A DNA stretch of 64,000 nt. Origin: Smithellaceae bacterium. GTDB taxonomy: Bacteria > Desulfobacterota > Syntrophia > Syntrophales > Smithellaceae. The DNA lies in the NCBI GenBank assembly GCA_963682015.1, contig OY820932.1:3210386-3274385 (forward strand), written 5' to 3'. Shown here in pieces: positions 45,983 through 55,364 of this stretch (positions within the stretch are counted from its first letter, which is position 1; every line of letters starts with the position of its first letter). Under the pieces are notes generated by a model. It had not been told where the DNA came from and ran no database searches. It saw only the letters and a list, made by a program, of their open reading frames with translations. The translations under genes and the position numbers were made by a program.

Positions 45983-46971
45983 CGACCATGAACAATAAAG
46001 CAAAAAACATAATTTTGTGGCTGATACTGCTGGCCTTTCTGGCCTTTTTCCCCAAACTGTTCGGAGTGTACTACACGAACATGGTGGTAACCTTCGCGAT
46101 CTTCTCCGTATATGCTTTGTCGTTGAACATGCTGATGGGGTACACGGGACTGTTGAGTTTCGGACACGCCATGTTTTTCGGGTTTGGCGGCTACGGCACG
46201 GCGCTGGCATTGAAGCATATTGAAGGGATCGGGGTCTTTCCGGCCATCGGCATCGGCGTCCTGGCGGCGGCGGTCCTGGCCTTGATTTTGTGCCCCCTGG
46301 TGGTCCGGGTGAGCGGGACGGCATTCGCGATGCTGCATCTGGCGTTTGGACAACTGTTATACGTTCTGGCCCTGAAGTTATATCCGATTACGGGCGGAGA
46401 AGACGGGATCGCGAACTTTCCGGTACCGGGACTCTTTACCGAGAGCCTGAAGAGCTCCCCGGAACACATGTATTACCTGGCCATGATTGTCCTGGGATTC
46501 TGCGTCTGGCTGATGTGGTTTGTCACCAAGACCCCGTTTGGACAGATCCAGGTGGGGATCCGGGACAACGCCAAGAGAATCGACTACCTGGGCTACAAAG
46601 TGCCGCAGTCGAAAGCGGTGGTTTATACCCTGTCGGCGGTGTTTGCCGGCGTGGCGGGCTCCTTCTACGGCCTGTTCCACAACCTGGTATCGGCGGACGG
46701 CTCGCTGGGGATCGGGATGTCCTTTTCACCGATCGTCTGCATCATGATCGGAGGCGTGGGAAGCTTTTTCGGTCCGATGATGGGGACGGCGGTGTTTCAG
46801 CTCATCGACGAGTTGATCCTGCGGTACACGGAGAGCACGGAGCTGGTGATGGGCATCATCCTGGTTGCGGTGGTCATGTTTATGCCGATGGGCTTTACGG
46901 GATTGTTTAAGATGGGATGGTTGAAGGTAAAAGCCCGGTTTGCCCCGAAAGCGAAGGAGAAGGCGTCATGA
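45979..46971 (+). CDS. livM: ABC transporter permease, LivM/HAAT family (identical to 12778-13770)
   Basis: Identical translation to copy 1. Confidence 0.9.
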   Translation: MTTMNNKAKNIILWLILLAFLAFFPKLFGVYYTNMVVTFAIFSVYALSLNMLMGYTGLLSFGHAMFFGFGGYGTALALKHIEGIGVFPAIGIGVLAAAVLALILCPLVVRVSGTAFAMLHLAFGQLLYVLALKLYPITGGEDGIANFPVPGLFTESLKSSPEHMYYLAMIVLGFCVWLMWFVTKTPFGQIQVGIRDNAKRIDYLGYKVPQSKAVVYTLSAVFAGVAGSFYGLFHNLVSADGSLGIGMSFSPIVCIMIGGVGSFFGPMMGTAVFQLIDELILRYTESTELVMGIILVAVVMFMPMGFTGLFKMGWLKVKARFAPKAKEKAS

Positions 46972-47717
46972 ATAATATACTGGAGACAAAAGATTTAAAG
47001 CACAGTTTCGGTCCGTTGAGAGTGCTGTTCGGGGTGGACCTGCAGATTGCGGAAGGGGAGCGACACGCGGTGATCGGCCCCAACGGCGCGGGGAAGACGA
47101 CCTTGTTCAACACCATTACAGGGACATACCACCCGACCCACGGCAAGGTATTCTTCAAGGGGAATGACATTACGGGATTTCCGCCGCACAAGCTGGCGAG
47201 AATCGGGATCGGGCGTTCCTTTCAGATTACCAGTACCTTTACGTACCTGACGGCGTTTCAGAACATCCGCCTGGCGATTTTGTCGAAAGACGGGGTCCGG
47301 TTCAATCTGTTTCGGAAAGTGGACCGGATGGAGAAGCTGACGGAAGAGACCAACGCGATGCTCAAAAGGATCAACTTGTATGAAGACCGCAACGTGATGG
47401 CCTGCAACCTGTCGTACGGGAAGTCCAGAGCGCTGGAGATCAGCATGGCTCTGGCGACGGACCCGGAGCTGGTTCTGCTGGATGAGTTTGCGGCGGGGAT
47501 GTCGAAGGAAGAGACGGCCGACGCGGTAGCCCTGATCCGGAATCTGACCCAGGGGAAGACCGTGGTGCTCATCGAGCACGATATGGACGTGGTGTTCAAC
47601 CTGGCGGACCGGATCACCGTATTACATTACGGGAAGATCCTGGCGACGGGGAAGCCGGAAGAGATCCGGAACAATCAGGCTGTGAAAGACGCCTATCTGG
47701 GCGATCTGGAAGTATAA
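46968..47717 (+). CDS. livG: ABC transporter ATP-binding protein, LivG-like (identical to 13767-14516)
   Basis: Identical translation to copy 1. Confidence 0.9.
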   Translation: MNNILETKDLKHSFGPLRVLFGVDLQIAEGERHAVIGPNGAGKTTLFNTITGTYHPTHGKVFFKGNDITGFPPHKLARIGIGRSFQITSTFTYLTAFQNIRLAILSKDGVRFNLFRKVDRMEKLTEETNAMLKRINLYEDRNVMACNLSYGKSRALEISMALATDPELVLLDEFAAGMSKEETADAVALIRNLTQGKTVVLIEHDMDVVFNLADRITVLHYGKILATGKPEEIRNNQAVKDAYLGDLEV

Positions 47718-47784
47718 AGGATAAGATGAAACGGCTCTTTTTGCGAAGCCGTAGAAACCCTCTCAAAAATATGAGGAGACGCAT

Positions 47785-48501
47785 ATGTTACTGGAAGTAA
47801 AGAATCTAAACACTCACTATGGACCGAGCCACGTATTGCAGGGAATCAACCTGAGTATTGCGGACGGGGAGCTGGTGGCTCTTCTGGGAAGAAACGGGAT
47901 GGGGAAGAGCACGACGTTGAAGAGCATCATGGGGATGGTGAAACCCACCTCCGGTTCCGTCATGTTTCAGGGGCAGGAGATTGCGGGTCTTCCTCCGTAT
48001 AAGGTGGCCAGGGCAGGGATCGGCTATGTTCCCGAAGAGAGAAGAATCTTTCCGGAGCTGACCGTTTTGGACAATCTGCTTCTGGGGATTAAAGACGGGA
48101 AGGTCCGGAACCCGAACGATCCGAATACGTGGACGATCGAGCGGATTTTCCATCACTTTCCGAAGCTGGCGGAGCGGACGAATCAGGCGGGCGGACGACT
48201 CTCCGGCGGGGAGCAGCAGATGCTGTCGATCGGCCGGTCGCTGATGGGGAATCCGAAGTTATTGCTGGTGGATGAGCCGTCGGAGGGATTATCGCCGATC
48301 ATGGTGCAGGAAGTGCGCAACGTTCTGGCGGAGATCAACAAGGCCGGAGTGTCGGTGCTGCTGGTGGAGCATAACCTGAAGGTGGCTCTGTCCCTGGCGA
48401 ACCGGGTCTACCTGATGTCCAAGGCCTGCATCGGCTGCGAGGCCACCGCCACCGAAGTCAAAGACAACCATGAGCTCCGCGCTCAATATCTCGAAGCGTA
48501 A
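47785..48501 (+). CDS. livF: ABC transporter ATP-binding protein, LivF-like (identical protein to 14584-15300)
   Basis: Identical translation. One synonymous difference (GAG at 48439-48441 versus GAA at 15238-15240). Confidence 0.9.
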   Translation: MLLEVKNLNTHYGPSHVLQGINLSIADGELVALLGRNGMGKSTTLKSIMGMVKPTSGSVMFQGQEIAGLPPYKVARAGIGYVPEERRIFPELTVLDNLLLGIKDGKVRNPNDPNTWTIERIFHHFPKLAERTNQAGGRLSGGEQQMLSIGRSLMGNPKLLLVDEPSEGLSPIMVQEVRNVLAEINKAGVSVLLVEHNLKVALSLANRVYLMSKACIGCEATATEVKDNHELRAQYLEA

Positions 48502-48554
48502 CAGGAGAGACGGAGTCAGGGCGGCAGTCCGTTTGAGTAAAGGAGAAGAGATCA

Positions 48555-49601
48555 ATGAGCAACAATGGAGATAAACGGATGAGCGCGAGAGAGGCCGTGG
48601 AACGGTTTGTCCACGACGGAGACACGCTCATCGTAGGAAACTATACCATCAGCATCGCGTTTGGCCTGATCTATGAAGTGGCCAGACAACGGAAGAAAGG
48701 ACTGACGTTGTGCTCGCAGTCGGGACATCTGAGCGACGAGATTCTGATGGCCGCCGGATGCGTCGATCGTCTCGTGACGGCCTATGTGATGAATGCGGGA
48801 ACGATGGAAGGGGATTATCCGGTTGGTCGCGCCCTGAAGCAGGGTAAGCTGCAAATCGAAGATTATACAAACTTTCAATACAATGCGCGTCTGGTTGCCG
48901 GAATGCACGGGTACAGCTTCATGCAGGTGCTGGAGGGCATCCTGCATACGGATGTCTATAAAAAGCGGGGGTTCATGGGGGAGAATAAATTCAAGGTCAT
49001 CTCCTGTCCGTTTACCGGGAAAGACACGGTGCTTGTGCCTGCTTTGAATCCGGACGTTTGTATTGTCCATGTCCAGCGGGCCGACAAATTCGGCAACGCA
49101 CAGTACTGGGGGGCGATGGGCAGCGTCCAGGCAGCGGCGCTGGCCAGCAAAAAGATCATCGTTTCCTGTGAAGAAATCGTGGAACATGATGTCATTGCTT
49201 CCAGCCCGCATTTTACGATCATTCCTGGTTTCCGGGTCGATGCCGTGGTGGAGATGCCCTGGGGAGCGCATCCCGGAGAAGTGGTCGGCCACTACAATAC
49301 CGATAAGGTAGCCATGGCGGTGATGGGCGCGGGATTGCTTACGGAAGAAGGCAGCAAGGCATGGCTTGATGAGTGGGTTTATAAATGTCCGGATCAGAAA
49401 GCCTACATGAAACAATATATATCGATTTTCGGAATGGACGTCATCAACGGCATCAAGGCGCGGTCTTACTATTCCGCGCCGGCGAATTACGGTTCGGCGT
49501 TTACGACGGTCTGGGATGAAAACCGTCTGGAGCGGACGATGGGAGTGACGCTTGCGGAACTGGAACAGATCATGAAGGAGAAGGGGGTGCTGTATGAGTA
49601 A
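48555..49601 (+). CDS. Family-I CoA-transferase, subunit A (GctA-like), paralogue 2
   Basis: 348 aa, co-linear with 15402-16448 without gaps by eye, with many substitutions. Confidence 0.8.
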   Translation: MSNNGDKRMSAREAVERFVHDGDTLIVGNYTISIAFGLIYEVARQRKKGLTLCSQSGHLSDEILMAAGCVDRLVTAYVMNAGTMEGDYPVGRALKQGKLQIEDYTNFQYNARLVAGMHGYSFMQVLEGILHTDVYKKRGFMGENKFKVISCPFTGKDTVLVPALNPDVCIVHVQRADKFGNAQYWGAMGSVQAAALASKKIIVSCEEIVEHDVIASSPHFTIIPGFRVDAVVEMPWGAHPGEVVGHYNTDKVAMAVMGAGLLTEEGSKAWLDEWVYKCPDQKAYMKQYISIFGMDVINGIKARSYYSAPANYGSAFTTVWDENRLERTMGVTLAELEQIMKEKGVLYE

Positions 49602-50439
49602 GCCCTATACATTAAATGAGCTGCTGATCATTGCCGTGGCCCGGGAAATCCACGATTACGAAAACGTGGTCCTGGGTGTGGGCATTCCCATGACCTCGGG
49701 CGCGCTGGCAAAGAACATCTTCGCGCCGCATGCGAACCTGATCATGGAATCGGGAATCATCGATTTCACACCCACCGTGCCGATGAACAACGTGGCGGAC
49801 TGCATGTCCTGCCGGGGATTTTCCTGCGCGACGGATCTGTTTTCCACCTTTACGATGACCTACCGGGGATTTGTAGATGTGTGCTTCCTGGGAGTGGCCC
49901 AGGTGGACAAATACGGAAACCTGAACACGACCGTCATCGGGGACTACGATCACCCCAGCGTTCGGCTGCCGGGTTCGGGCGGGGCGGCGGATTTCATATC
50001 GTATGCCAAAAGGACGATTCTGACCATGCGGGGAGGCGAATTTGTGGAAAAACTGCACTACATGACCTCTCCGGGGTATCTGGACGGAGGAGACAGCCGG
50101 GAGAAAACCGGGCATTTTACGCCGGGGAGCGGGCCGACCAGGCTCATCAGCACACAGGGGATATTTGAATTCGATCCGGTGACGAAAGAGATGTTTCTTT
50201 CCCGGATTCATCCGGGGGTAAAACTGGAAGCGGTGAAAAAGAAGATTCCGTGGGATTTGAAGGTATCTCCCGACTTAACGCAGACGGAGCGTCCGAAGGA
50301 TGAAGAAATCGATTTCATCCGGAGGTATTTTCCGACGGAATCGGTCGGGAAGAACCTGATGTGGGAAATCGCCACGACCAGTTTCCAGAAGCGGTTTAAC
50401 GTGGCGAGTCCCGCCGTGACAACCGAAGAAAAGAAATAA
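49594..50439 (+). CDS. Family-I CoA-transferase, subunit B (GctB-like), paralogue 2
   Basis: 281 aa. LIMESGIIDF retains the ESG glutamate. Has a C-terminal tail not present in paralogue 1. Confidence 0.8.
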   Translation: MSKPYTLNELLIIAVAREIHDYENVVLGVGIPMTSGALAKNIFAPHANLIMESGIIDFTPTVPMNNVADCMSCRGFSCATDLFSTFTMTYRGFVDVCFLGVAQVDKYGNLNTTVIGDYDHPSVRLPGSGGAADFISYAKRTILTMRGGEFVEKLHYMTSPGYLDGGDSREKTGHFTPGSGPTRLISTQGIFEFDPVTKEMFLSRIHPGVKLEAVKKKIPWDLKVSPDLTQTERPKDEEIDFIRRYFPTESVGKNLMWEIATTSFQKRFNVASPAVTTEEKK

Positions 50440-50515
50440 ACGGGCGCCGGACGGATAGTCGGCGGCTGTGATAAAACAATGAACAAATTTGAAAACCATA
50501 CAGGAGGATGTACGC

Positions 50516-51265
50516 ATGAGATTAAAAGATAAAGTGGCAATTGTAACGGGATCAGGCCAGGGAATCGGCGAAGGGATCGTTCTTCGTTTCGTGGAAGAAG
50601 GCGCGAAGGTGATCGTGAATGATGTGGTGGAAGCCAATGCAAAAGCCGTCGTCGAGAAAGTGAAGGCGATGGGCGGCCAGGCGATCGCCGTTTGCGGCAG
50701 CGTGGGCGACCGCGCGGTGGTCCAGAACATGGTGGATACGGCCGTAAAGGAATTCGGCACGCTGGATATTATCGTCAACAACGCCGGCATCACCCGCGAC
50801 GCCATGCTGCACAAGATGGAAGACAAGCAGTGGGATGCGGTGATTGCCGTCAATTTAACCGGCGTGTATTACGGCATTCAGTGCGCGGGCCGGGTCATGC
50901 GGGACCGCGGCTACGGGAAGATCATCAATATTTCCTCGACGAGCGCGCTGGGCAACCCGGGTCAGCTCAATTACGCCGCATCGAAAGCCGGCGTCATCGG
51001 CATGACCAAGACGGCGGCCAAGGAGCTGGGGCCGAAAAACATCAACGTCAACGCCATCGCACCGGGGATGATCTGGACGGACATGATGAAGAACATGCCG
51101 GCCAATGTGCTTGCGCAAATTGATGCGACCCTGCCGTTTGTGGTTCCGCTGAACCGGAAAGGCTCGCCCCGGGACATCGCCAATCTGGCGCTTTTCCTGG
51201 CTTGCGAGGAAAGTCAGTTTATCACCGGGCAGATCATCTTCTGCGACGGTGGAATGAAAATGTAA
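50516..51265 (+). CDS. Short-chain dehydrogenase/reductase (FabG-like) 1 of 3
   Basis: TGSGQGIG, NNAG and YAASKAG. AGGAGGA RBS before ATG 50516. Confidence 0.85.
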   Translation: MRLKDKVAIVTGSGQGIGEGIVLRFVEEGAKVIVNDVVEANAKAVVEKVKAMGGQAIAVCGSVGDRAVVQNMVDTAVKEFGTLDIIVNNAGITRDAMLHKMEDKQWDAVIAVNLTGVYYGIQCAGRVMRDRGYGKIINISSTSALGNPGQLNYAASKAGVIGMTKTAAKELGPKNINVNAIAPGMIWTDMMKNMPANVLAQIDATLPFVVPLNRKGSPRDIANLALFLACEESQFITGQIIFCDGGMKM

Positions 51266-51287
51266 CTCAACAAGGAAGGAAAATAAA

Positions 51288-52076
51288 ATGAAACTGCAAG
51301 ATCTATACAGCTTGAAAGGTAAAGTTGCTTTGGTAACGGGTGGCGGCCGCGGAATCGGGAAATTCATTTCCACGGGGCTGGCCGAGGCAGGGGCCAATCT
51401 GGTTATCGCTTCCAGAAAAATGAAAAACCTGGAAGATACGGCAAAAGAACTGGAAGCCCAGTTTGGCGTCAATGTGCTGCCGGTGGCCGCGAACATGGAA
51501 AAACCGGAAGAGATTGACGGTGTGGTCAAGGCCGCCATGGATCGTTTCGGGCGGATCGATGTTCTGGTGAACAACGCCGGGTATACCTGGGGCGCTCCGA
51601 CGCTGTCGTATCCGCTGGAACGCTGGGATCAGGTGTTCAACATTAATGTCCGCGGCGTCTGGATTCTGACCCAGAAAGTGGCGAATATCATGAAAAATCA
51701 GGGCGGCGGTAACATTATTAACGTGTCGTCAACCATGTCTTTCCGCGGGTCGCTGGAAGTTGCGCATCCCGCCGTGGCCTACAATTCATCCAAGGCGGCC
51801 ATCAACCTGCTGACGATGAATCTGGCCGTGAAGCTTGCGCCTTACAAGATTCGCGTCAACGCGATTGCACCGGGCTACTTCAAGACGGACATGATGGCCC
51901 ATATGGAAAAACCGGAAATGAAGGACATGCTGGAATTGAGTTTGAATTTTATCCCCCTGCACCGCGGCGGAGACATGGACGACATGAAAGGCGTGGCTGT
52001 ATTTCTGGCCTCCGAGGCGTCGGCCTTCATTACGGGAGCGATTCTGCTGGTCGACGGCGGGTCGCTGGCACAATAA
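51288..52076 (+). CDS. Short-chain dehydrogenase/reductase 2 of 3
   Basis: TGGGRGIG, NNAG and YNSSKAA. Confidence 0.85.
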   Translation: MKLQDLYSLKGKVALVTGGGRGIGKFISTGLAEAGANLVIASRKMKNLEDTAKELEAQFGVNVLPVAANMEKPEEIDGVVKAAMDRFGRIDVLVNNAGYTWGAPTLSYPLERWDQVFNINVRGVWILTQKVANIMKNQGGGNIINVSSTMSFRGSLEVAHPAVAYNSSKAAINLLTMNLAVKLAPYKIRVNAIAPGYFKTDMMAHMEKPEMKDMLELSLNFIPLHRGGDMDDMKGVAVFLASEASAFITGAILLVDGGSLAQ

Positions 52077-52093
52077 CAAGGCAGGAGTCCTGA

Positions 52094-52900
52094 ATGAAAA
52101 ATTTTTCACATTTTAATCTTGAAGACAAAGTGGCGCTGATTACAGGAGCCAGCCGGGGCATCGGTCGGTCCGCCGCGCTGGCGTTTGCCAGAGCCGGGGC
52201 ATCCGTGGCGCTTGTCAGTCGCAAGCAGGAAGACCTGGACAAAGTAGCCGAGGAAATCCGGGCCGAAGGCGGCAAGGCGCTGCCGGTGGCGGCGCATGTG
52301 GGTAAAATAGACGACATCCGCAGACTGGTGGACAGAGTGGTTGCCGAACTCGGACAGATTAACATTCTGGTGAACAATGCCGGTGGAGTACCTGCCACGG
52401 CTCTATGCCTGGATGTTGAGGAACGGCTGTGGGATACGGTAACAAATCTGAATCTCAAGGGCGTGTATTTTTTAAGCCAGGCGGCGGCCCGTGTCATGAA
52501 GGAACAGGGCGGCGGCAAGATCATCAATGTCGCTTCCACCAGCGCCTTCAAACCCGAGTATAAAAATGGCATCTACTCCATGTCCAAGGCGGCCGTTGTC
52601 ATGATGACCAAGTCCATGGCGCTGGAGCTTGCGGAGTTTAATATCCGGGTCAATGCGATTGCGCCGGGACCGATCATGACGAAACTCTTATCCAATACAT
52701 GGTCCGGTCTGCCGGAAGAATACTCCAAAATGGTGCAGGATTACCTGGCCAATACCACGCCGGTGGGAAGGATCGGCGATCCCAAAGAGATCGACGGCGC
52801 CATGCTGTACCTGGCATCCGATGCGTCAAGCTATACCACCGGCCAGACGATCGTCATCGACGGAGGGATGCTCTTGGGTAACAAGGTCGAGAGAAGATAG
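52094..52900 (+). CDS. Short-chain dehydrogenase/reductase 3 of 3
   Basis: TGASRGIG, NNAG and YSMSKAA. Confidence 0.85.
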   Translation: MKNFSHFNLEDKVALITGASRGIGRSAALAFARAGASVALVSRKQEDLDKVAEEIRAEGGKALPVAAHVGKIDDIRRLVDRVVAELGQINILVNNAGGVPATALCLDVEERLWDTVTNLNLKGVYFLSQAAARVMKEQGGGKIINVASTSAFKPEYKNGIYSMSKAAVVMMTKSMALELAEFNIRVNAIAPGPIMTKLLSNTWSGLPEEYSKMVQDYLANTTPVGRIGDPKEIDGAMLYLASDASSYTTGQTIVIDGGMLLGNKVERR

Positions 52901-52970
52901 ACAAAAACCGCCCTGTGCAGGGGCGGCATTCCTGAAAGAAATTCAGGTTAATCAAAAAGGAGAATCATCC

Positions 52971-53798
52971 ATGTCAGAAGAAAAAAAATTTAACGATGTC
53001 GTGATCGAAAAAGTTGCCGACGGAAATTACGCGGTGGTTTCCATAAACCGGCCTGATAAGCTCAACTCCCTTTCCACCGACACCCTCCGGGAGATTTCAG
53101 AAGCTCTGGACATGCTGGCGGTTGATTCCGCTGTCCGTTGCGTGGTGCTGCGCGGAACCAGGAACTTCACCAAGAAGCCGGCATTCTCCGCGGGAGCGGA
53201 TCTGGCGGCGCCCATGCCCGGCGGCCTGAATTACACGGTTCCCGTGCACAACGATCTTTTCATGCAGATCAAGCATAAATATTATGATCTGATTGAAGCT
53301 TTCCCCAAACCGCTCATCGCGGCGGTGGACGGTTATGCATTTGGCGGCGGGTGCGAGCTGACGCTGGTATGCGATCTGGTGATCGCATCCAAACGCAGCG
53401 AGTTCGGATTCCCCGAAATCAAACGCGGTATTTTCCCGGCCAACGGCGGTACACAGAGAATGGTACAGCACATCGGCATGGCCAGAACCAAACTGATGAT
53501 TTATTCGGCCGCTAATTTTTCAGCGGAAAAGATGATGGAATGGGGATATGTGGCCGATGTGGTCGAAGTGGACAAATTCGAGGAAGAGGTCCACAAACTT
53601 GCTTCGATGATCGGCAAAGGCCCTACCACGTCCTACTATGTCATCAAGAAATGCATGAATTACGGAACGCAGGTTCCCCGGAATGTCGGCCTGGTCTTTG
53701 AACAGATGGCCTTCGGCCTCAATTCCACTTCGCCGGATGTCGTGGAAGGCGTCACAGCTTTTTTCAGCAAAAAGGCGCCCGACTTCAAGGGTTTTTAG
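52971..53798 (+). CDS. Enoyl-CoA hydratase/isomerase (crotonase) family protein
   Basis: ATG 52971 (MSEEKKFNDVVIEKV) follows AAGGAGAA. Crotonase motifs FSAGADL and AVDGYAFGGGCELTLVCD. Confidence 0.85.
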   Translation: MSEEKKFNDVVIEKVADGNYAVVSINRPDKLNSLSTDTLREISEALDMLAVDSAVRCVVLRGTRNFTKKPAFSAGADLAAPMPGGLNYTVPVHNDLFMQIKHKYYDLIEAFPKPLIAAVDGYAFGGGCELTLVCDLVIASKRSEFGFPEIKRGIFPANGGTQRMVQHIGMARTKLMIYSAANFSAEKMMEWGYVADVVEVDKFEEEVHKLASMIGKGPTTSYYVIKKCMNYGTQVPRNVGLVFEQMAFGLNSTSPDVVEGVTAFFSKKAPDFKGF

Positions 53799-53942
53799 TC
53801 CGGGGGTTCCCGCAAAGCCGAAAAGGGCGGGAGACGGGCTGAGATAAAAACACGGAATCATCCCGGGCAGTTTTTGAAATTGTCCGGGCTTTTCTTCTCT
53901 CAAAAAAAGGTTTGGCGGGAATGAAAAGTCACGAACGAGGTT

Positions 53943-55364
53943 ATGATGAAGCATTTCAGAAAAGAACAGGATTCCCTGGGTGTACGCGAAGTTCCCTCCA
54001 ACCGTTATTACGGTATACAAACCTTGCGGGCTCTGGAAAATTTTGACCTTACGGGTATTCCCGTCGGCAGATATCCGCAAATGGTCGTATCGCTGGCGAT
54101 GGTAAAGAAAGCCGCGGCCCTGACCAATCAGGATCTGGATTTATTGCCTGCGGAAATTGCCGCCGCGATTGTCCAGGCCTGTGACGAGATCATCGCAGGC
54201 AAACTGCATGAAGAGTTTGTTGTGGATGTCATCCAGGGCGGAGCCGGAACCTCCACCAACATGAATGCCAATGAGGTCATCGCCAACCGTGCGCTGGAAA
54301 TCCTGGGGCTGGAAAAGGGTCGTTACGACATGCTCCACCCTCTAAACCACGTTAATTTATCGCAGTCCACCAATGACGTGTATCCCACGTCCCTGCGCAT
54401 TACGCTCAGCCGTATGATGGACGATCTCATGCGTGAGATGGAAGTTCTGCATGCCGCTTTCCGGGAAAAATCTCTGGAGTTTGCGGATGTCATCAAAATC
54501 GGCCGTACACAGCTCCAGGATGCCGTGCCCATCACACTGGGACTGGAATTCGGCGCCTGGGCCACGATGGTGGGTGAAGACATCTGCAGAGTCGGCGAAG
54601 CACAGTCCCTCATCCGGGAAATCAATCTGGGCGCAACGGCCGTGGGCACGGGACTGAATTCACATCCGGATTACGCCAAAACCGTTACCTCCAGACTCCG
54701 TGATCTGAGCGGAGTTCCCGTGGTCATGTCCGTCAATCTGCTGGAAGCCACTCAGGACGCAGGCGCGTATGTGCAGCTCTCCGGCGTGCTGAAAAGGATT
54801 GCGGTGAAGCTGTCCAAGATATGCAACGATCTGCGTTTGCTTTCATCCGGTCCGCGGGCCGGATTCAATGAAATCAACCTTCCGCCCATGGCTCCCGGAT
54901 CGACCATCATGCCGGGTAAAGTCAATCCGATTATTCCGGAAGTTGTCAATCAGATCGCCTTTGAAGTGATGGGGGCCGATCTGACCGTCTCCGTGGCGGC
55001 GGAAGCCGGACAGCTGGAACTCAATGCCATGGAGCCGATCATTGCTTACAAACTGTTTACGTCCCTTGACCTGCTGGGGCGCGCCTGCCGTGTGCTGGCC
55101 CAGCGATGTGTAAAAGGGATAACCGCAAACCGGGAAGTCTGTCGCCGCATGGTGGAAAACAGTGCAAGTCTTGCGACCGCTCTGAATCCTGTTTTGGGAT
55201 ACGAAAAATCTGCCGCAATTGCACATGAGGCCATTGCCGCGGGAAAAACCGTTTATCAGATTGTTCTCCAGAACGGGTACTTGAGCAAAGCTGACCTGGA
55301 TGAACTCCTTTCCCCGGAAAACATGACCCGTCCCGGATCGATCTCCAGAAAGGCCGGCTTATAA
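53943..55364 (+). CDS. aspA: Aspartate ammonia-lyase (aspartase/fumarase class II superfamily, AspA-like)
   Basis: Shows EQDSLGVREVPSNRYYGIQTLRALENF, QGGAGTSTNMNANEV and the signature GSTIMPGKVNPIIPEVVNQ. The N-terminal and NP..PEV blocks resemble AspA more than FumC. Confidence 0.75.
   Translation: MMKHFRKEQDSLGVREVPSNRYYGIQTLRALENFDLTGIPVGRYPQMVVSLAMVKKAAALTNQDLDLLPAEIAAAIVQACDEIIAGKLHEEFVVDVIQGGAGTSTNMNANEVIANRALEILGLEKGRYDMLHPLNHVNLSQSTNDVYPTSLRITLSRMMDDLMREMEVLHAAFREKSLEFADVIKIGRTQLQDAVPITLGLEFGAWATMVGEDICRVGEAQSLIREINLGATAVGTGLNSHPDYAKTVTSRLRDLSGVPVVMSVNLLEATQDAGAYVQLSGVLKRIAVKLSKICNDLRLLSSGPRAGFNEINLPPMAPGSTIMPGKVNPIIPEVVNQIAFEVMGADLTVSVAAEAGQLELNAMEPIIAYKLFTSLDLLGRACRVLAQRCVKGITANREVCRRMVENSASLATALNPVLGYEKSAAIAHEAIAAGKTVYQIVLQNGYLSKADLDELLSPENMTRPGSISRKAGL

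Larger units (their letters stand above)
45107..48502 (+). repeat. Copy 2 of the 3,396-bp direct repeat (partner 11906-15301)
   Basis: See copy 1. The flanks diverge immediately outside (AGTATA|AGAATG versus GATAT|AGAATG upstream; TAAC|AGGAGAG versus TAAC|GCGTCGA downstream). Confidence 0.95.
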
